From Pseudomonadota bacterium (GTDB taxonomy: Bacteria > Desulfobacterota > Syntrophia > Syntrophales > UBA5619), in NCBI GenBank assembly GCA_018896355.1, contig JAHIMW010000172.1, positions 1 through 44,429 of the forward strand: DNA of 44,429 bases, read 5' to 3'. Made by a program: the position numbers and the translations under genes. This document shows, one piece after another, positions 24,065-34,388 of the stretch (position 1 is its first letter; every line of letters starts with the position of its first letter). Below the pieces are notes generated by a model. That model saw only the letters and a program-made list of their open reading frames with translations, was not told the origin of the DNA and searched no databases.

Positions 24065-24811
24065 ATGAGCTTTACGATTGCCGTTTCCGGAAAAGGGGGC
24101 ACGGGAAAAACAACCTTTGCCGGCATGATCATCCGCTACCTGCTGGAAAAAAACAGGGGTCCCGTTCTGGCCGTCGATGCGGACTCCAATGCGAATCTGA
24201 ATGAAGTTTTGGGGATCGAAGTCAAATCGACGATTGGAGAGATGCGGGAACTGATGCGGGAAGAGGTTCCCACAGGCATGACCAAGGATGTCTGGTTTGA
24301 ATACAAGGTGCAGGAGGCGCTGACGGAGGCCAAAGGGTTCGACCTGCTCGCGATGGGGCGACCGGAGGGGGCTGGCTGTTACTGCGCCGCCAACACTCTC
24401 GCCCGCAAGTATATCGACATGCTTACCGAAAATTATCCGTATATTGTGATTGACAATGAAGCGGGGATGGAGCATTTTAGCCGTCTGACGACGAGGGATG
24501 TGGACCTGCTTTTCGTCCTCTCCGATTCCAGCCGGAGGGGCATCATGACCGCGGCGCGGATTCGCGATCTTGTAAGGGATCTCAAACTGAACATCAAAAA
24601 GGACCTCCTCGTTCTGAATCGTATGGAGGGTTCGCTGCTGCAGGAGACCGCGGAGGAGATCGAAAAAAACCGCCTCGATCTGGCAGGGATTGTCCCTTCC
24701 GACGAGGAGATAAACCGCTTTGACCGCAACGGAACGCCGACCTTCGGGCTGCCCGCTTCGGCTCCGTCCGTGCAGGCGGCATGGCGTATTTTTGAGAAGT
24801 ATATCCCATGA
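24065..24811 (+). CDS. cooC: CODH/ACS nickel-insertion ATPase (CooC/AcsF family)
   Basis: MSFTIAVSGKGGTGKTTFAG (deviant Walker A), the CxC motif in GAGCYCAAN, and the length of 248 aa support the call. Confidence 0.9.
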   Translation: MSFTIAVSGKGGTGKTTFAGMIIRYLLEKNRGPVLAVDADSNANLNEVLGIEVKSTIGEMRELMREEVPTGMTKDVWFEYKVQEALTEAKGFDLLAMGRPEGAGCYCAANTLARKYIDMLTENYPYIVIDNEAGMEHFSRLTTRDVDLLFVLSDSSRRGIMTAARIRDLVRDLKLNIKKDLLVLNRMEGSLLQETAEEIEKNRLDLAGIVPSDEEINRFDRNGTPTFGLPASAPSVQAAWRIFEKYIP

Positions 24812-24829
24812 GGCAATTGTAACAGTCCC

Positions 24830-24875
24830 CATAAATCCCCTCCCCCTTGGCGGGGGAGGGTGAGGGTGGGGGGGA
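24830..24875. repeat. G/C-rich palindromic REP-like element, copy 2 (intercistronic)
   Basis: The hairpin CCCTCCCCC-ttggc-GGGGGAGGG (24838-24860) is followed by TGAGGGTGGGGG. It has the same plus-strand orientation as copy 1. Confidence 0.85.
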
Positions 24876-24954
24876 AGGTTGCCACGGATCATCATATTTT
24901 AGAAGGTAAGGTTTTCGTGACAGCCGAAACGGAAAGGAAAGGAGATCGGGGAAG

Positions 24955-25848
24955 ATGACGGCAAAATTGATCAACGGCAATGAAATCGCGCGGCAGATCC
25001 GGGAAGAGCTGAAGAAGGAGACGGAGCATCTGAAGAGCGGGCACAACGTGGTCCCCGGCCTGGTGACCATTCTGGTGGGTGAGAATCCCGCGTCGCTCAG
25101 TTACGTCACCGCAAAGCAGAAGACCTCCAAAGAACTGGGGTTTTATTCGATTCAGGATAACCAGCCGGAAACCGTTTCGGAGGGGGAGCTGCTCGCGCTG
25201 ATCGAGAAATACAACAAGGATCCCAAAATTCACGGCATTCTCGTGCAGCTTCCGCTGCCCAAGCACATCAATGAGACCAAGGTGCTCCTCGCGATCGACC
25301 CCTGCAAGGATGTGGACGGCTTTCATCCGATCAACGTGGGAAAGCTGATGATCGGCGAGGCGGATTATCTTCCCTGCACACCGGCGGGCATCCAGCAACT
25401 GCTGATCCGAACCGGCGTCGAGACCAGCGGCGCCGAGGTCGTGGTCGTGGGCCGTTCGAACATTGTCGGGAAGCCGATCGCCAATATCCTTCTGCAAAAA
25501 CAAAAAGGGGCCAACGCGACCGTAACCATCTGCCATACCGGTTCCAAAAACATGGAGTTCCACACGAAGAGGGCGGACATCCTGATCGTCGCCGCCGGCA
25601 AACCGAAGGCCATCACCGCCGATATGGTGAAGGAGGGGGCCGTGGTGATCGATGTCGGCGTGAACCGGATCGGGATGACGCCGGAGGGCAAGGCCAAACT
25701 CTGCGGTGACGTCGATTTCGAAAACGTGAAGGAAAAAGCAGGCGCCATTACCCCGGTTCCCGGCGGCGTCGGTCCGATGACGATCACGATGCTGATGATG
25801 AATACCGTAAAAGCCGCGGGAATCGCCGCCGGCGTGAAACATAATTGA
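24955..25848 (+). CDS. folD: Bifunctional 5,10-methylene-THF dehydrogenase / 5,10-methenyl-THF cyclohydrolase
   Basis: Supporting motifs are PGLVTILVGENPAS..YV..K, ILVQLPLP, VVVGRSNIVGKP and PVPGGVGPMT. Confidence 0.95.
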   Translation: MTAKLINGNEIARQIREELKKETEHLKSGHNVVPGLVTILVGENPASLSYVTAKQKTSKELGFYSIQDNQPETVSEGELLALIEKYNKDPKIHGILVQLPLPKHINETKVLLAIDPCKDVDGFHPINVGKLMIGEADYLPCTPAGIQQLLIRTGVETSGAEVVVVGRSNIVGKPIANILLQKQKGANATVTICHTGSKNMEFHTKRADILIVAAGKPKAITADMVKEGAVVIDVGVNRIGMTPEGKAKLCGDVDFENVKEKAGAITPVPGGVGPMTITMLMMNTVKAAGIAAGVKHN

Positions 25849-26146
25849 TTAAAACCATATCATAACAATTCTGCAGAAAGGAAGGGACCGATAATGTCTC
25901 AGCAATTGGAAGAAAAGACCTCTTTTGATGGGTGCAAGATTCAGGTGTTGGCGAGACCTGCGAAGAGGGAAAACCCGAAAAACCGGAGAACTGGCGGGAA
26001 AAATTGAAAACCCGGGAAGATATGATGGCCTATCTCAAAACAGGGGTTCGTTGATCGCAACGCTTTCACTGTCAGGGGTAACTTTCCGGCGCTTGCCGGA
26101 GGCGACCCGTGCAGCGGAGGCGGTCAATTAACAGGAGGAAAAACTC

Positions 26147-27091
26147 ATGCCATTCGCAATACCCAAAACTATCTACACGGGAAAGATCAAGGAAGTCGTA
26201 CTGGGAAGGGGACCCAAGGCGATTACGGTGGGCGGGGAAACCTCTTATCCGTTTCATCTCTTTGAAGGGGAGATGCCCCATCCACCCCGCATCGCACTCG
26301 AAGTGTACGATACGCCGCCCGATAACTGGGCGGAGGCCGCTCTCGAACCCTACCGGGATGTTATCGGTGATCCCGTCGCCTGGGCCAAGAAGGCGGCGGA
26401 GGTGTACGGCGCCGATCTGATCGCGCTGCAACTGATCAGCACGGACCCCAACGGCCTCAATGCCCCGAGCGATCAGGCGACCGAAACGGCGAAGAAGGTC
26501 GCCGCGGCCGTCGAGATTCCGGTGATCGTAAACGGCAGCGGCAGCCCCGACAAGGATGCCGAACTGCTCCGCAAGGTCGCTGAGGCGTGCGATGGAATGA
26601 ACCTCGTCATCAGCCCCGTTGTGGAGGAGAATTACAAGCAGATCGGCGCCGGCGCCATCGCCTACAAACATACCGTCGCCGCCAACAGCCCGATAGACAT
26701 AAACCTGGCCAAGCAGCTCAACATCCTGCTGGGCAACCTCGGGGTGCCGGACAGACAGGTCATCGTTGATCCGACCACCGGCGGGCTCGGCTACGGAATC
26801 GAATATACCTACTCGGTCATGGAGCGCGACCGGATGGCAGCCCTCACGCAGCAGGACGAAAGACTGCAATTTCCCATCATCTGCAATATGGCCAAGGAGG
26901 TCTGGAAGACCAAAGAGGCCAAGGCCAAAACAGAAGATGCCCCCCTCCTCGGGGATGCTGCCCGACGGGGGATTATCATGGAGGCCATGACCGCAACCTT
27001 GCTTCTCCTGGCCGGGGCGGATGTGCTTGTGATGAGACACCCCGAAGCGGTACGGCTGGTGCGAGAGATGATCAAGGATTTTTCCGCGTAA
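26147..27091 (+). CDS. acsD: Corrinoid iron-sulfur protein small subunit (CODH/ACS delta)
   Basis: The 314 aa product has a TIM-barrel-like pattern (VTVGGETSYPFHLFEG...DLIALQ...) and sits in the acs cluster. SD AGGAGG. Confidence 0.85.
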   Translation: MPFAIPKTIYTGKIKEVVLGRGPKAITVGGETSYPFHLFEGEMPHPPRIALEVYDTPPDNWAEAALEPYRDVIGDPVAWAKKAAEVYGADLIALQLISTDPNGLNAPSDQATETAKKVAAAVEIPVIVNGSGSPDKDAELLRKVAEACDGMNLVISPVVEENYKQIGAGAIAYKHTVAANSPIDINLAKQLNILLGNLGVPDRQVIVDPTTGGLGYGIEYTYSVMERDRMAALTQQDERLQFPIICNMAKEVWKTKEAKAKTEDAPLLGDAARRGIIMEAMTATLLLLAGADVLVMRHPEAVRLVREMIKDFSA

Positions 27092-27137
27092 AGAACCCTT
27101 TTCGGCTCGATGCCGGGAAACATAAGGAGGAGCATGA

Positions 27138-29177
27138 ATGTCGGACGAGACAAAAGACAAGATAAAGCTCATGGAGAAGGAAAAGAAACAGATTAAGCCG
27201 GAAGAAAAGTCGGTGGACCCGGCGACCATCAAAATGCTCTACAAGGCCCAGGCCGATGGGGTTGAAACAATATTTGATCGTGCTGAAAACATGAAACCCT
27301 GCCCAATCGGCATCCAGGGAACCTGCTGCAAGCTCTGCTCCCAGGGACCGTGCCGTTTGCCCCTGACCAAGAAGGATATAGAGGGGAAAGATACCCGTCA
27401 GGGGCTCTGTGGCGCCACGCCGGAAACCATTGCGGCCAGGAATTTCGCCCGGATGGTGGCCGCGGGAGCGGCCGCCCATTCCGATCATGGACGCAGCGTG
27501 ACGGAGGTATTCCTGGCGGCGGCCCGTCGCGAGTCCCCGGATTATGACATAGTGGATGAGAAAAAGCTGCGGGCCATCGCCCCTGATTTCGGCGTGGCCA
27601 TCAGCGTCACCGTCGATGACGTGGAAACGCCACGGGGTAAATATGAGATCGCCGTCGAGGTCGGGGAAAAGGCCCTCGGTGAATGGGGTAAGCAGCATGG
27701 TGAGATCTATTACGCCAAGCGCGCCCCGAAGGCGAGGTACGACCTCTGGAAGAAGCTGGATATAATCCCCCGGGGCATCGATCGGGAGATCGTGGAGATC
27801 ATGCACCGGACCCACATGGGGGTCGATCAGGATTACGAGAACATTGTGAAGCAGTGCTTCCGGGCCGCCCTGGCGGATGGCTGGGCCGGTTCCATGATCG
27901 CCACGGATTTGCAGGATGTCCTGTTCGGCACCCCCCATCCGATCCACGGCGAGATTAACCTGGGCGTCCTGAAGGAAGACCATGTGAATATTGTCGTCCA
28001 TGGTCATGAGGCGCTGTTGGCCGAGATGATCGTGGTGGCTTCACGTGATCCTGAAATGGTGAGCTATGCGAAAAGCAAGGGCGCCAAAGGCATCGTCCTG
28101 GCCGGCATGTGCTGCACCGCCAATGAAATTCTGGTTCGTCACGGGATGCCCATTGCCGGGAACTACCTGCAGCAGGAACTGGCCATCGTCACCGGTGTGG
28201 TGGATGCGATGACGGTTGATGTCCAGTGTATCATGGAAAGCCTGGCCAATGTCTGCGCCTGCTACCATACGAAGCTCATCACCACCAATAGCCGCTGCAA
28301 GATTGCCTCCGGTGAAACCATTCATGTGGAGTTCGACGAACATAACGCCCTAACCGATGCCAAAAAGATCGTGAAGATTGCGATTGACAACTTCCCCAAT
28401 CGGAAAGGGGCTGCGATGATCCCCCGCGAGAAGGAGAAGATGGTCGTGGGCTTCAGCTATGAGGCCATCGAGTACAACCTGGGCGGAACCTTCCGCGGCT
28501 CCTATGTTCCCCTGAATGACAACATCATCAATGGCCGGATCCGGGGGATCGCCGCGATTGTGGGTTGTAACAATGCCAGGAGCATGCACGACAATGCCCA
28601 TCTGATCCTGGCCAAGGAACTGCTCAAAAATGACGTGATCATCCTTACCACGGGCTGTGCCGCCATGGCCTTCGGCAAAGCGGGGCTGTTGACGCCCGAG
28701 GCGGCGAAGGTCTATTGTGGCCCCGGCCTTGCCGAGGTGTGCGAGACGGTGGGCATCCCCCCGATCCTTCACATGGGGTCCTGCGTGGATAACAGCCGGA
28801 TGCTCTCGGCGGCCTCCGCGGTAGTGGCGGCGGGGGGGTTGGGCAATGATCCCAGCGACCTGCCTTTGGCGGGTTGCGCCCCCGAATGGATGAGCGAAAA
28901 GGCCGTAGCCATCGGACATTATTTTGAGGGCAGCGGCGTCTATGTCATCTTCGGCGCCGGTCTGCCCGTGGACGGGGCGCCCGTATTCAAGGACTACCTC
29001 TTCAACGGCTTGGAGAAGGTGGTGGGCGGCAAATGGGACGTGGCGGAAGATCCCTACGAAATGGCCCGCCGGATGCTGGCCCACATTGACAAGAAACGCA
29101 AGGCCCTTGGGATCGACAAGGCCCGGGATCGGGTGCTGATGGATATGGCGGATCGGCAGAAGCTGTCTGCAGGGTAA
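27138..29177 (+). CDS. acsA: Anaerobic Ni-Fe-S carbon monoxide dehydrogenase catalytic subunit
   Basis: The 679 aa product has the N-terminal B/D-cluster cysteines (CPIGIQGTCCKLCSQGPCRL), HGH, and C-cluster regions (GMCCTANE, GCNN, GSCVDNSR). Confidence 0.95.
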   Translation: MSDETKDKIKLMEKEKKQIKPEEKSVDPATIKMLYKAQADGVETIFDRAENMKPCPIGIQGTCCKLCSQGPCRLPLTKKDIEGKDTRQGLCGATPETIAARNFARMVAAGAAAHSDHGRSVTEVFLAAARRESPDYDIVDEKKLRAIAPDFGVAISVTVDDVETPRGKYEIAVEVGEKALGEWGKQHGEIYYAKRAPKARYDLWKKLDIIPRGIDREIVEIMHRTHMGVDQDYENIVKQCFRAALADGWAGSMIATDLQDVLFGTPHPIHGEINLGVLKEDHVNIVVHGHEALLAEMIVVASRDPEMVSYAKSKGAKGIVLAGMCCTANEILVRHGMPIAGNYLQQELAIVTGVVDAMTVDVQCIMESLANVCACYHTKLITTNSRCKIASGETIHVEFDEHNALTDAKKIVKIAIDNFPNRKGAAMIPREKEKMVVGFSYEAIEYNLGGTFRGSYVPLNDNIINGRIRGIAAIVGCNNARSMHDNAHLILAKELLKNDVIILTTGCAAMAFGKAGLLTPEAAKVYCGPGLAEVCETVGIPPILHMGSCVDNSRMLSAASAVVAAGGLGNDPSDLPLAGCAPEWMSEKAVAIGHYFEGSGVYVIFGAGLPVDGAPVFKDYLFNGLEKVVGGKWDVAEDPYEMARRMLAHIDKKRKALGIDKARDRVLMDMADRQKLSAG

Positions 29178-29279
29178 ATGAGACGCAGGGCTTACGGTGG
29201 AAGGGCGCGATGTCTCAATCCCTTAAGACTTAAGTCCTAAACCATAAGCCATAACTTAAACAAGAAGGGAGGATGCTGC

Positions 29280-31493
29280 ATGTCCAAATTAGTTGCCTTT
29301 GCTGCAATTCAGGGCGCATATAATATCGTTTCCAAGGCCGAGGGTAAATTGAAGAAGACCCTGGAAAAATACGGACCTGAACAGAAACTGGAATTTCCCA
29401 ATACCGCCTATTACCTGCCCATTATCTATTCGATTCTGGGCATCCCGGTTAAGACCCTGGCCGATGCCAAGAAACCCATGGAAATCTGCCGGGGTCTGCT
29501 CCCGTCCCATATAAAGAATGTTTATCACTTGCCCTACCTGGGCCCCTTGCTGGATGCCGGCATGGCGGCCATCCTGGCCGAGGAGATAGTGGAGGCCATT
29601 CGCTATATCGAGGATCCCGGTTTTTACCTCACGAGCGAAGAGATCGACGAGGCCTCCGGGAAGATCTGGCTGGGCGCTGCCGAGGACGTGATCTTCCGGA
29701 AGAGGGGGATTGAATTTGTGGATGGCTCCGCCCCGGGCTTTGCCGCCATTGTGGGTGCGGCCCCTGATCCCGAGACGGCAAAGAAGATTGCCGAGGAATA
29801 TCAGAAAAAGAACCTCTATGTATTCATGGCAGGCAACCAGAATGGCACCACCTTCTCGGAGCAGCTCCTCGAAGCAGGGGTGCAGATCGGCTGGAATACA
29901 CGTCTGGTCCCCTTCGGACCGGATATCTCCGCCGCCGTCTTCGCCCTGGGTTTTGCCAACCGGGCCGCCATGGCCTTTGGCGGGGTGCAGCCAGGCGACG
30001 CCAAGAAGATGCTTCTTTACAACAAGGATCGGATATTTGCCTTTGTCAACGCCCTGGGTGATGTAGGCGCCGAGTGGGCAGCCAACGCAGCGGGCTGTGT
30101 GAACTGGGGCTTCCCCACCATCGCCGATACGGATATTCCGGAAATCCTGCCCACGGGCGTGTGTACCTATGAACATGTGGTGGCCAATGTCCCTCACGAC
30201 CAGATGGTCCAGCGGTCCGTTGAGATAAGGGGCCTGAAGGTTACGGTGGCGGATGTCCCGGTGCCGGTCGCCTATGGACCGGCCTTTGAGGGTGAACGGG
30301 TCCGTGGTGAGGATATCTATCTGGAGTCCGGCGGTGGTCGGACCGAGGCCGTTGAGTGGGTCACCACCAAGAACATCAACGAAGTCGAAGACGGCAAGGT
30401 AGAGGTTATCGGTCCCGATCTGGATCAACTCACCCCGCCGGCCCAGCTTCCCCTGGCCATTGTGGCGGAGGTGGCGGGCCGGAAGATGCAGGAGGATTTC
30501 GAGCCGATCCTGGAACGTCAGATCCACCATCTCATTAACTATGCCCAGGGGCTGATGCACATCGGCCAGCGGGACATCGCCTGGGTGAGGATAAGCAAGG
30601 CTGCGGTGGATAAGGGACTCCGTCTGTCCGATATTGGCCGGATCCTTCATGCCAAGTTCCACCAGGATTTTGGTGCCATCTTCGACAAGGTGCAGGTAAA
30701 GATCTATACGGAAAAGAAAAAGGTGAGCGAGCTGCTAACCAAGGCCCGGGCAGTTTACGCCAAGCGGGATGCGCGGATCGAGGGGATGACCGACGAGACC
30801 ACCGATACCTTCTACTCCTGTACCCTCTGCCAGTCCTTTGCCCCCAGCCACGTCTGCGTTATCAGTCCCGAGCGGACGGGGCTCTGCGGCGCCTACAACT
30901 GGATGGACTGCAAGGCCGCCTTCGAGATCAACCCGACCGGTCCCAACCAGCCCATTCCCAAGGGCGACATGCTGGATCCGAAACTCGGGCAGTGGAAGGG
31001 CACCAATGACTTTGTGCTGAATGCGTCCCGTCAGAAGATCGCCCAGGTCAGCCTCTACAGCATGATGGTCGATCCAATGACCACCTGCGGCTGCTGCGAA
31101 TGCATCGCTGCCGTACTGCCCATGTGCAACGGTATCATGACTGTGGGACGGGATTACACGGGGATGACCCCCTGCGGCATGAAGTTTACGACGCTGGCCG
31201 GTTCCGCGGGCGGCGGCGCGGTGACGCCGGGATTCCTGGGTCACAGCAAATACAATATCACGCAGAGAAAGTGGCTTTCGGGCGACGGCGGGCTGTTGCG
31301 TCTGGTCTGGCTGCCCAAGATGCTCAAAGACGAGCTCCGGGAGCGGCTGCATAAGCGTTGCGAAGAGATAGGGATCCCCGACTTTATCGATAGGATCGCC
31401 GACGAAACCATCGGGTTGACGGAAGACGAAATACTGCCGTTCCTGGAGGAAAAGAAGCATCCGGCGCTGACGATGGAATCGATCCTGGAATAA
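29280..31493 (+). CDS. acsB: Acetyl-CoA synthase (CO-methylating; CODH/ACS alpha)
   Basis: The 737 aa product carries the A-cluster motifs (CTLCQSFAPSHVCVISPERTGLCGA ... CGCCE). Confidence 0.95.
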   Translation: MSKLVAFAAIQGAYNIVSKAEGKLKKTLEKYGPEQKLEFPNTAYYLPIIYSILGIPVKTLADAKKPMEICRGLLPSHIKNVYHLPYLGPLLDAGMAAILAEEIVEAIRYIEDPGFYLTSEEIDEASGKIWLGAAEDVIFRKRGIEFVDGSAPGFAAIVGAAPDPETAKKIAEEYQKKNLYVFMAGNQNGTTFSEQLLEAGVQIGWNTRLVPFGPDISAAVFALGFANRAAMAFGGVQPGDAKKMLLYNKDRIFAFVNALGDVGAEWAANAAGCVNWGFPTIADTDIPEILPTGVCTYEHVVANVPHDQMVQRSVEIRGLKVTVADVPVPVAYGPAFEGERVRGEDIYLESGGGRTEAVEWVTTKNINEVEDGKVEVIGPDLDQLTPPAQLPLAIVAEVAGRKMQEDFEPILERQIHHLINYAQGLMHIGQRDIAWVRISKAAVDKGLRLSDIGRILHAKFHQDFGAIFDKVQVKIYTEKKKVSELLTKARAVYAKRDARIEGMTDETTDTFYSCTLCQSFAPSHVCVISPERTGLCGAYNWMDCKAAFEINPTGPNQPIPKGDMLDPKLGQWKGTNDFVLNASRQKIAQVSLYSMMVDPMTTCGCCECIAAVLPMCNGIMTVGRDYTGMTPCGMKFTTLAGSAGGGAVTPGFLGHSKYNITQRKWLSGDGGLLRLVWLPKMLKDELRERLHKRCEEIGIPDFIDRIADETIGLTEDEILPFLEEKKHPALTMESILE

Positions 31494-31544
31494 GGGGATA
31501 ACAGTTTATATCAATTGATGATTGAGGAGAAAGGAGAGTAGCTC

Positions 31545-32891
31545 ATGGCTCTTACAGGAATCCAGATATTCAAGTTGCTTCCGAAAACAAACTGCGGGGA
31601 GTGCGGCGTTCCCACCTGCCTTGCTTTCGCCATGAATCTGGCGGCGGCGAAGGCCGAACTGGCTTCATGCCCATACATATCGGAAGAATCCAAGACCCTG
31701 CTGTCGGAGGCGTCCGCGCCGCCGATTCGGCCCGTCGTCATCGGGAGCGGGGAGAATGTGGTCAAAATCGGCGGTGAGACTGTTCTGTTCCGCCATGAGA
31801 AAACCTTTGTAAACAAACCAGGTGTGGCGCTCCTGATCAGCGATACGATGCCCGCCGACGAGGTGGACGAGCGGATCAAGCGGTTTAATCTTTTGAAATA
31901 CGAATGGATCGGTCTTGTGCTGCGCGCGGAGCTGATCGCCGTCAGGAATGAATCCGGCGATACGGGCAAGTTTGAAGCGCTCGTGAAAAAGATCATGGAC
32001 GGCAGCGACGCCGCGCTGATCCTGATGAGCGAGAGCGCGGATGCCTTGAAGGCGGCCCTCCAGGTGTCCGCCCAGCGTGTCCCGCTGATTTACGCGGCGA
32101 CCGATGGAAACACGGATGCGATGGTGGCGCTTGCCAAGGAGTACAAATGCCCGCTTGTCGCCAAGGCCGCGAACCTCGATGAGCTGACCGCGCTGACCGA
32201 CAAGATCGGCGCTGCCGGCATCAAGGATATCGTTCTGGACGGTGGCGCCCGGACGGTACGGGGCGCCTTCGAAGAGCAGGTGTTCGTCCGCCGGGCCGCC
32301 CTCATTCAGAAGAATCGTTCGCTGGGATTTTCGACAATCGCCTTTCCCTGCGAAATGACAAAAGACCCGATGAAGGAGGCTTTGATCGCCGCCACGCTTA
32401 TTGCCAAGTATGCCGGGATCATCGTGCTCTCCGACTTCCAGGGGGAAAGCCTCTTCCCGCTTTTGGTTGCGAGGCTCAACATCTACACCGACCCGCAACG
32501 GCCGATGATGATGCAGCAGGGAATCTATCCGATCGGAAATCCGAACGAGGATTCGCCGGTGCTCATTACGACCAATTTTGCGCTGACCTACTTCATCGTC
32601 TCCGGTGAAATCGAGGCCAGCCGCGTACCCAGTTGGCTCATGGTGATGGATACGGAAGGGCTTTCCGTGCTGACCGCCTGGGCCGCCGGAAAGTTCGTCG
32701 GGGACGCCATCGGTCAGTTTGTGAAAAAATCCGGCATCACCGAAAAGGTCAAGCAAAGGAAGATCGTGATTCCGGGATTTGTGGCTGCCGTAAGTGGGGA
32801 TCTTGAAGAGGAGCTTGGGCCCGAATGGGAAGTCAGGATCGGACCCAGAGAAGCCGCCCACCTGGCGCCCTTCTTGAAACAGGGCGTTTGA
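31545..32891 (+). CDS. acsC: Corrinoid iron-sulfur protein large subunit (CODH/ACS gamma)
   Basis: The N-terminal 4Fe-4S motif is LPKTNCGECGVPTCLAFAMNLA. The product is 448 aa. Confidence 0.95.
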   Translation: MALTGIQIFKLLPKTNCGECGVPTCLAFAMNLAAAKAELASCPYISEESKTLLSEASAPPIRPVVIGSGENVVKIGGETVLFRHEKTFVNKPGVALLISDTMPADEVDERIKRFNLLKYEWIGLVLRAELIAVRNESGDTGKFEALVKKIMDGSDAALILMSESADALKAALQVSAQRVPLIYAATDGNTDAMVALAKEYKCPLVAKAANLDELTALTDKIGAAGIKDIVLDGGARTVRGAFEEQVFVRRAALIQKNRSLGFSTIAFPCEMTKDPMKEALIAATLIAKYAGIIVLSDFQGESLFPLLVARLNIYTDPQRPMMMQQGIYPIGNPNEDSPVLITTNFALTYFIVSGEIEASRVPSWLMVMDTEGLSVLTAWAAGKFVGDAIGQFVKKSGITEKVKQRKIVIPGFVAAVSGDLEEELGPEWEVRIGPREAAHLAPFLKQGV

Positions 32892-32945
32892 GAAAACCGG
32901 GATCGGATTTCAGGCTCTTCAACTATAGAACAGGAGGTGTGATTA

Positions 32946-33848
32946 ATGATTCGCATTGGTGAAAACCTCAACGTGATGGTCAAGAAGATAGGCGTGGCCA
33001 TGATGGAAAGAAACCCCAAACCGATCCAGGATCTGGCAATGGCGGAAGCGAAAGCCGGGGTGGATTATATCGATATCAACCTGGGGCCGGCGCGTAAAGA
33101 GGGGGGCGCGTTGATGGCATGGGTCGTACAAACGGTCCAGGAAGTGGTCGATACACCCCTATATCTCGATACGATCAATATCGAGGCCATCGAGGCGGGT
33201 CTCAAGGTGTATCAAAACAAGAAAGGCAAGGCGGTCATCAATTCCATTATGGCCAGGCCCGAAAGCATGGAATCGAAATTCCCCCTTGCCCAGAAATACA
33301 ATGCAGGCCTCGTCGCCCTGCTCTGGGGACCTGCCGGTCTTCCCAGAGATGCAAGCGAAAGGGGCGTGCTGGCCGCCGAGTTGATGCAGAAGGCTACAGA
33401 GTTCGGCATTCCGAACGAGGACGTCTGGATTGATCCCATCGTCACACCGGTCACCAGCCCGCAGAGCCAGGTGCAGGTCCCGAGCTGCGTGGAGTTCATG
33501 ATGATGTTTCAGGACTTCCAGGAGATGGCCCCGGGGCTGAAGTCGACATGCGGTCTTTCCAATGTGTCCAACGGCGCCCCGGAACATCTGCGGCCTATTC
33601 TCAATCAGACCTATATGATGATGCTTGAACGTTACGGCATGGTCGGCGCCATCGTTGACGCCTTCGACGAAGAACTGAAGGCTTTTGCAGCCGGGAACAG
33701 GCCTGATCTCAGGGATCTGGTTTTCCGTACGATGGACGGCGAGGATGTCGACCCGGGCACACTGACCAAAGAGCAGGTCAATTACATAAAAACGACCAAG
33801 GTGCTGATGGGAAATATCCTCTACTCCGATTCCTGGCTGGAGCTCTAA
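32946..33848 (+). CDS. acsE: Methyl-THF:corrinoid/iron-sulfur protein methyltransferase (pterin-binding domain)
   Basis: The call rests on MIRIGENLNV..., GVDYIDINLGPA, the length of 300 aa and its terminal position in the acs cluster. Confidence 0.9.
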   Translation: MIRIGENLNVMVKKIGVAMMERNPKPIQDLAMAEAKAGVDYIDINLGPARKEGGALMAWVVQTVQEVVDTPLYLDTINIEAIEAGLKVYQNKKGKAVINSIMARPESMESKFPLAQKYNAGLVALLWGPAGLPRDASERGVLAAELMQKATEFGIPNEDVWIDPIVTPVTSPQSQVQVPSCVEFMMMFQDFQEMAPGLKSTCGLSNVSNGAPEHLRPILNQTYMMMLERYGMVGAIVDAFDEELKAFAAGNRPDLRDLVFRTMDGEDVDPGTLTKEQVNYIKTTKVLMGNILYSDSWLEL

Positions 33849-33912
33849 CGCGCCGCCGGCGAGGGTTCGCATCAGGGCCGAGTAGAAAAACGAATAACGG
33901 ACTTCCCCCAAA

Positions 33913-33945
33913 ACCCGCTCCCGGTGGCTGGAGCGGGTTGGTGCC
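33913..33945 (+). terminator. Possible terminator hairpin after acsE (weak T-tract)
   Basis: ACCCGCTCC-cggtggct-GGAGCGGGT is followed by TGGTG. A second candidate at 34030-34056 (ACAGaCCG-tgtc-CGGCTGT then GTTTTTT) has a better T-tract. Confidence 0.4.
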
Positions 33946-34388
33946 GCATCATACGATCTTGCCTTAGAAAAACTCAGACAGGCCGAACTGACGGATGTCA
34001 GTCTGAAGAGCGGCACCGCCCATGCCGGTACAGACCGTGTCCGGCTGTGTTTTTTCGGCAGGATTACCTCGTCGACCGGCATGCGTTAAGAAACGGTGAC
34101 GGTGTCGACCATCGGCTTCAGGGTCAAGTCATCCTTCATCTGAACACAACCGGCGCCGATCCCCGAAAGGTTACTCATCCTCCTTTTTGGTTCATCCGGG
34201 TGATGGGTACTTTTGTGAAAAAGGAAGAGACCAAAGCCCGATAGCAAGCAACCTCACTTTCACCTACAATGGGTGAGGATACGCTCTCTCTATGATCTGA
34301 AGATTTCCGTTCGAAATCGAGTATAACTGCGTGGATCAGTCGCAGCTTATATGGGAGTATGTCTACCCGAACGATAATGGATGATTAC

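Noticed and set aside
20838-33100. Nearly full-length ORFs lie antisense to fhs, acsV, folD, acsD, acsA, acsB, acsC and acsE. Examples are 20838-22094, 22600-23775, 24892-25842, 26072-27232, 29289-30662 and 31665-32861.
   Set aside because: The reasoning is the same. The sense-strand products are unambiguous Wood-Ljungdahl enzymes with good SD sequences. The antisense products are Arg/Gly/His/Asp-rich with no motifs or ribosome-binding sites.
34086-34181. A 31-codon minus-strand ORF (MSNLSGIGAGCVQMKDDLTLKPMVDTVTVS) has GGAGG immediately upstream.
   Set aside because: The GGAGG abuts the ATG with no spacing. The ORF is very short and isolated in the acsE-usp intergenic region, and I recognise no family. 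It may be a gene remnant but cannot be supported.
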